Positions 60,880 to 64,000 of a DNA stretch of 64,000 bases are shown piece after piece. A program made the translations under genes and the position numbers. The notes under the pieces are model-generated. The model was given only the letters and a program-made list of their open reading frames with translations. It did no database searches and was not told the DNA's origin. Each line of letters starts with the position of its first letter. Position 1 is the stretch's first letter. The DNA comes from Squalus acanthias (lineage: Eukaryota), in assembly GCA_030390025.1 (NCBI GenBank), contig CM059432.1, positions 98,644,001 through 98,708,000 on the forward strand, given 5' to 3'.

Positions 60880-63760
60880 TTGTCTTCTGTGTGCCTTTGC
60901 CTGTCCTAGTGCTCCTACGAGGCACTTCCCCAATAGCTGCAGCATGGGTGGTGGAAGGTGCTGACCTTCAATTGAAGAGACTACAGATTGCCTTGGAGGA
61001 TGACCTCAAGCAGCTCTGGGCCTAGAAGGCTCAGCTTCAGACTGCACCATCTCTGCCTGGGCTGCAGCAGTATGGGCTGGCTGGCTGACAGGCAACAGCA
61101 AGGGCACTGACATTATGGCAGGGGTGGGAGCAGGAATGCTGTCATCCTGAGAAAGGGCAGCAGGTTCGTGCTCCATGGAGTCAGTGCCACTATCCCGAGA
61201 CAGCGCCTCAGCAATCCTACTGATCTGTTGGAGAACAATTGATGGACTGCTGTGAGGCCCTGGAAGCTCTCTGAACACTAATAGCCAGAGCTGTGATGGC
61301 AGCTGTCTGAGCTTGCAAGGCAGCACTTAGAGCTTTAATGGAAATTGTTTGTACTACAATGGAAGCTTTGACATCAGCCATCAGACATTGCTTCATGGTG
61401 AGTTCCACAAGTGTGCTGATGTATCATAGAATCGTAGAATCATAGAATGGTTACAGCACAGAAGGCGGCCATCTGGCCCGTCGAGCCTGTGCCGGCTCTC
61501 TGCAAGAGCACCTCAGCTAGTCCCACACCCCGGCCCTTTCCCCGTAGCCCTGCAAATGTTTTTCTTTCAGATACTTATCCAACTCCCTTTTGAAAGCCAC
61601 GATTGAGTCTGCCTCCACCAGCCTTTCAAGCATTGCATTCCAGTTCCTAACCACTCGCTGCGTAAAAAAGTTTTTGCTTATGTCGCCTTTGGTTCTTTTG
61701 CCAATCACCTTCAATCTGTGTCCTCTGGTTCTCGAACCTTCTGCCAATGGGAACAGTTTCTCTCTATCTACTCTGCCCAGACCCCTCATGATTTTGAACA
61801 CCTCTATCAAATCTCCTCTCAATCTTCTCTGCTCTAAGGAGAACAACACCAGCTTCTCCAGTCTATCAACGTAACTGAAGTCTCTCATCTCGTAAATCTT
61901 TTCTGCACCCTCTTTAAGGCCTTCACATCCTTCCTAATGTGCGGTGCCCAGAATTGGACACAATACTCCAGTTGAGGCCAAACCAGTGTTTTATACAGGT
62001 TCATCATAATTTCCACACTTTTGTATTCTATACCTCTATTCATGAAGCCCAGGATCCCGTAAGCTTTTTTAACTGCTTTCTTAACCTGCCCTGCCACCTT
62101 CAATGATTTGTGCACATATACCCCTAGGTCTCTCTGTTCATGCACCCACTTTAGGATTGTACCCTTTAGTTTCTATTTCCTCGCCTCATTCTTTCTACCA
62201 AAATGTATCACTTCACACTTTTCCGCATTAAATTTCATCTGCCACGTGTCCGCCCATTCCACCAGCCTGTCTATGTTCTCTTGAAGTCTATCACTATCCT
62301 ACTCACTGTTCACTCTACTTCCAAGTTTTGTGTCATCTGCAAATTTTGAAATTGGGCCCTGTACACCCACATCCAAGTCATTAATATATATCAAGAAAAG
62401 CAGTGGTCTTAGAACCGACCCCTGGAGAACACCACTGTGTACCTTCCTTCAGTCTGAAAAACAACCATTCACCACTACTCTCTGTTTCCTGTCACTTAGC
62501 CAATTTCGTATCCATGCTGCCACTGTCCCCTTTATTCCATGGGCTTCAACTTTGCTGGCAAGCTTATTATGTGACACTTTGTCAAATACCTTTTGGAAAT
62601 CTATGTACACCACATCAACCATTGCCCTCATCAACCCTCTCTGTTACCTCATCAAAAAACTCGATCAAGTTGGTTAAACACGATTTGCCTTTAACTTAAT
62701 TAAGGAATGTTGATGTAGATTCCATGTGGGAAAAGATATGCTCCAAGCTCTGTGCAAAGCCCTGTGCCAAGTTGGTGCTGGACTCCTCCATGCTCCTTGA
62801 TATTGAGCGCAGGCTTTCTGGCAGGCTTTCCAGTGCACCAAGCATTTGGTTATGTACACCCATCAGCTTTCTTCTATGGCCTGGCCCATCGAAGTCCTCA
62901 TCTGACTCCTCTGCAGCAGAACTAGTGTGTGACCTTGCCCTCCGGCGAGCTGGTGCCTGTGCTATCCTTTTCCCCCACTCTGGCTCCTGTGCACTTGTGC
63001 CTGGTGTCTCACCACATGCAGATCCCTCCTCTATCCTAGCCTCTAAAATATGTGCAGTGCCAGTGTGTGAGCTTGTGGATGCGAGTGTGAAATCGATTGA
63101 TGGTGTATCTTCATCTTCCCTGTCTTCTTTCTCTTCCTCCATTGACTGGGAAGTTGCTTATTCTCAGGTATCTGAAATAAAAAAGGGACAAAGGCTGTGG
63201 TTGTGCACCACCTACTCCTGCAAGAAAGAGGGAAGTGTGTCAATGAGTGTCCTACAATATGTTTGGGTGATGTGGCTGTCATGGTTGAATAGCTGCCCGT
63301 GTGTGTGAGTTGTGGGTGCAAGGCTTGCAACAGTGCTAAGTGTGTGAGGGTGAGGTAAAGCATATATGAATTTTAGGGTTGAGTACTGATTGATAGAGAT
63401 TGTTGGTAGGTGGGTGATGGGAGTGTAGAGAATTGAGCAGTAATAGGGCTAGTGCTGTAGTTGGTACAATATGCCATTTGAAGATGAACTCACTCACCTT
63501 TACAACTCCTGTGAGATTGTTAAACTTCTTCCTGCACAGCATCCATGTTCTTGCAGCAACACTTCTGCCATTGACCTCCACCACTACTTGTTGCCATTGA
63601 CCTCCACCATTACTTTTTCCCACTGCCTCCTGAGCATATGTTTGGACGCCCACTTGCCAACCTGCAGATACGTCTCTCCTTCTTTCCACCTCTTCCACCA
63701 AGACCTCCAGGGCATTTTCTGAAAACCTTGGTGCACGTTCTCCTACACCTGTTCAGCCAT
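60880..63760 (-). pseudogene. Harbinger Myb/SANT ORF2 pseudogene
   Basis: LVEEVERRRDV..RTWMLCRKKFNNLT (exon 1); acceptor TTTCAG|ATACCT ~63170; exon 3 MEEEKEDREDEDTPSIDFTLAS; exon 2 largely deleted. Confidence 0.8.
61425..62695 (-). mobile_element. CR1 LINE (family A) 3' part
   Basis: YIDFQKVFDKVSH, QFWAPH, SRTRGHRLK; (TCTATGAT)n tail. Confidence 0.92.
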
Positions 63761-64000
63761 TTCTCAAAGTATCAGAACACAGAATTGCCTTTTGAAAAAA
63801 CTCCCATCACTTCTTGCAGCAACAATGCACTCTCCTTTAAGAGGTGCAGGCTGCCTTTAAGTAGCGCTAGCCATAAGCGATATCAGGTAATGTAAGGTGC
63901 TGCCTGCAATGCAATGAATGGACACGAGTTAATCGCACACCGTGATCCCCGCACCCACTTTCAGGGGTTATCCAATTTCTCCCCCCATATTAGCACCCAC

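Larger units (their letters stand above)
57438..63985 (+). mobile_element. Full-length decayed Harbinger transposon with three nested retroelements
   Basis: TIRs GGGAGAGAAATGGG / GGGGGAGAAATTGG (12/14 match), CAT TSD at 57435-57437 and 63986-63988; convergent transposase and Myb genes. Confidence 0.8.

Overview
Eukaryotic, repeat-dominated DNA, most likely intronic and from a cartilaginous fish. This assignment rests on HE1/V-SINEs, Deu-domain SINEs and shark-type CR1, L2 and RTE LINEs recognised from memory, not from a database search. The left end holds the 5' part of an LTR retroelement on the minus strand: a ~1.6 kb LTR, a perfect 18-nt tRNA-Arg(TCG) primer-binding site and an open gag-like frame running off the window. 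It inserted into the acidic tail of an otherwise intact PIF/Harbinger transposase. A diverged solo LTR of the same family lies at 9619-11812. PIF/Harbinger elements are abundant: one full-length decayed copy (57438-63985, TIRs, CAT TSD, convergent transposase and spliced Myb/SANT gene), several remnants and many MITEs. Two Penelope-type inverted-repeat insertions with 13-bp TSDs carry minimal hammerhead ribozyme cores. The only host-gene signals are a candidate ATG-containing exon (15555-15654, +) and a consensus AG|GTAAGT recursive-splice-like site (25525/25526, +). Repeat boundaries without a TSD are approximate, and most short ORFs in the track are spurious or decayed TE fragments.
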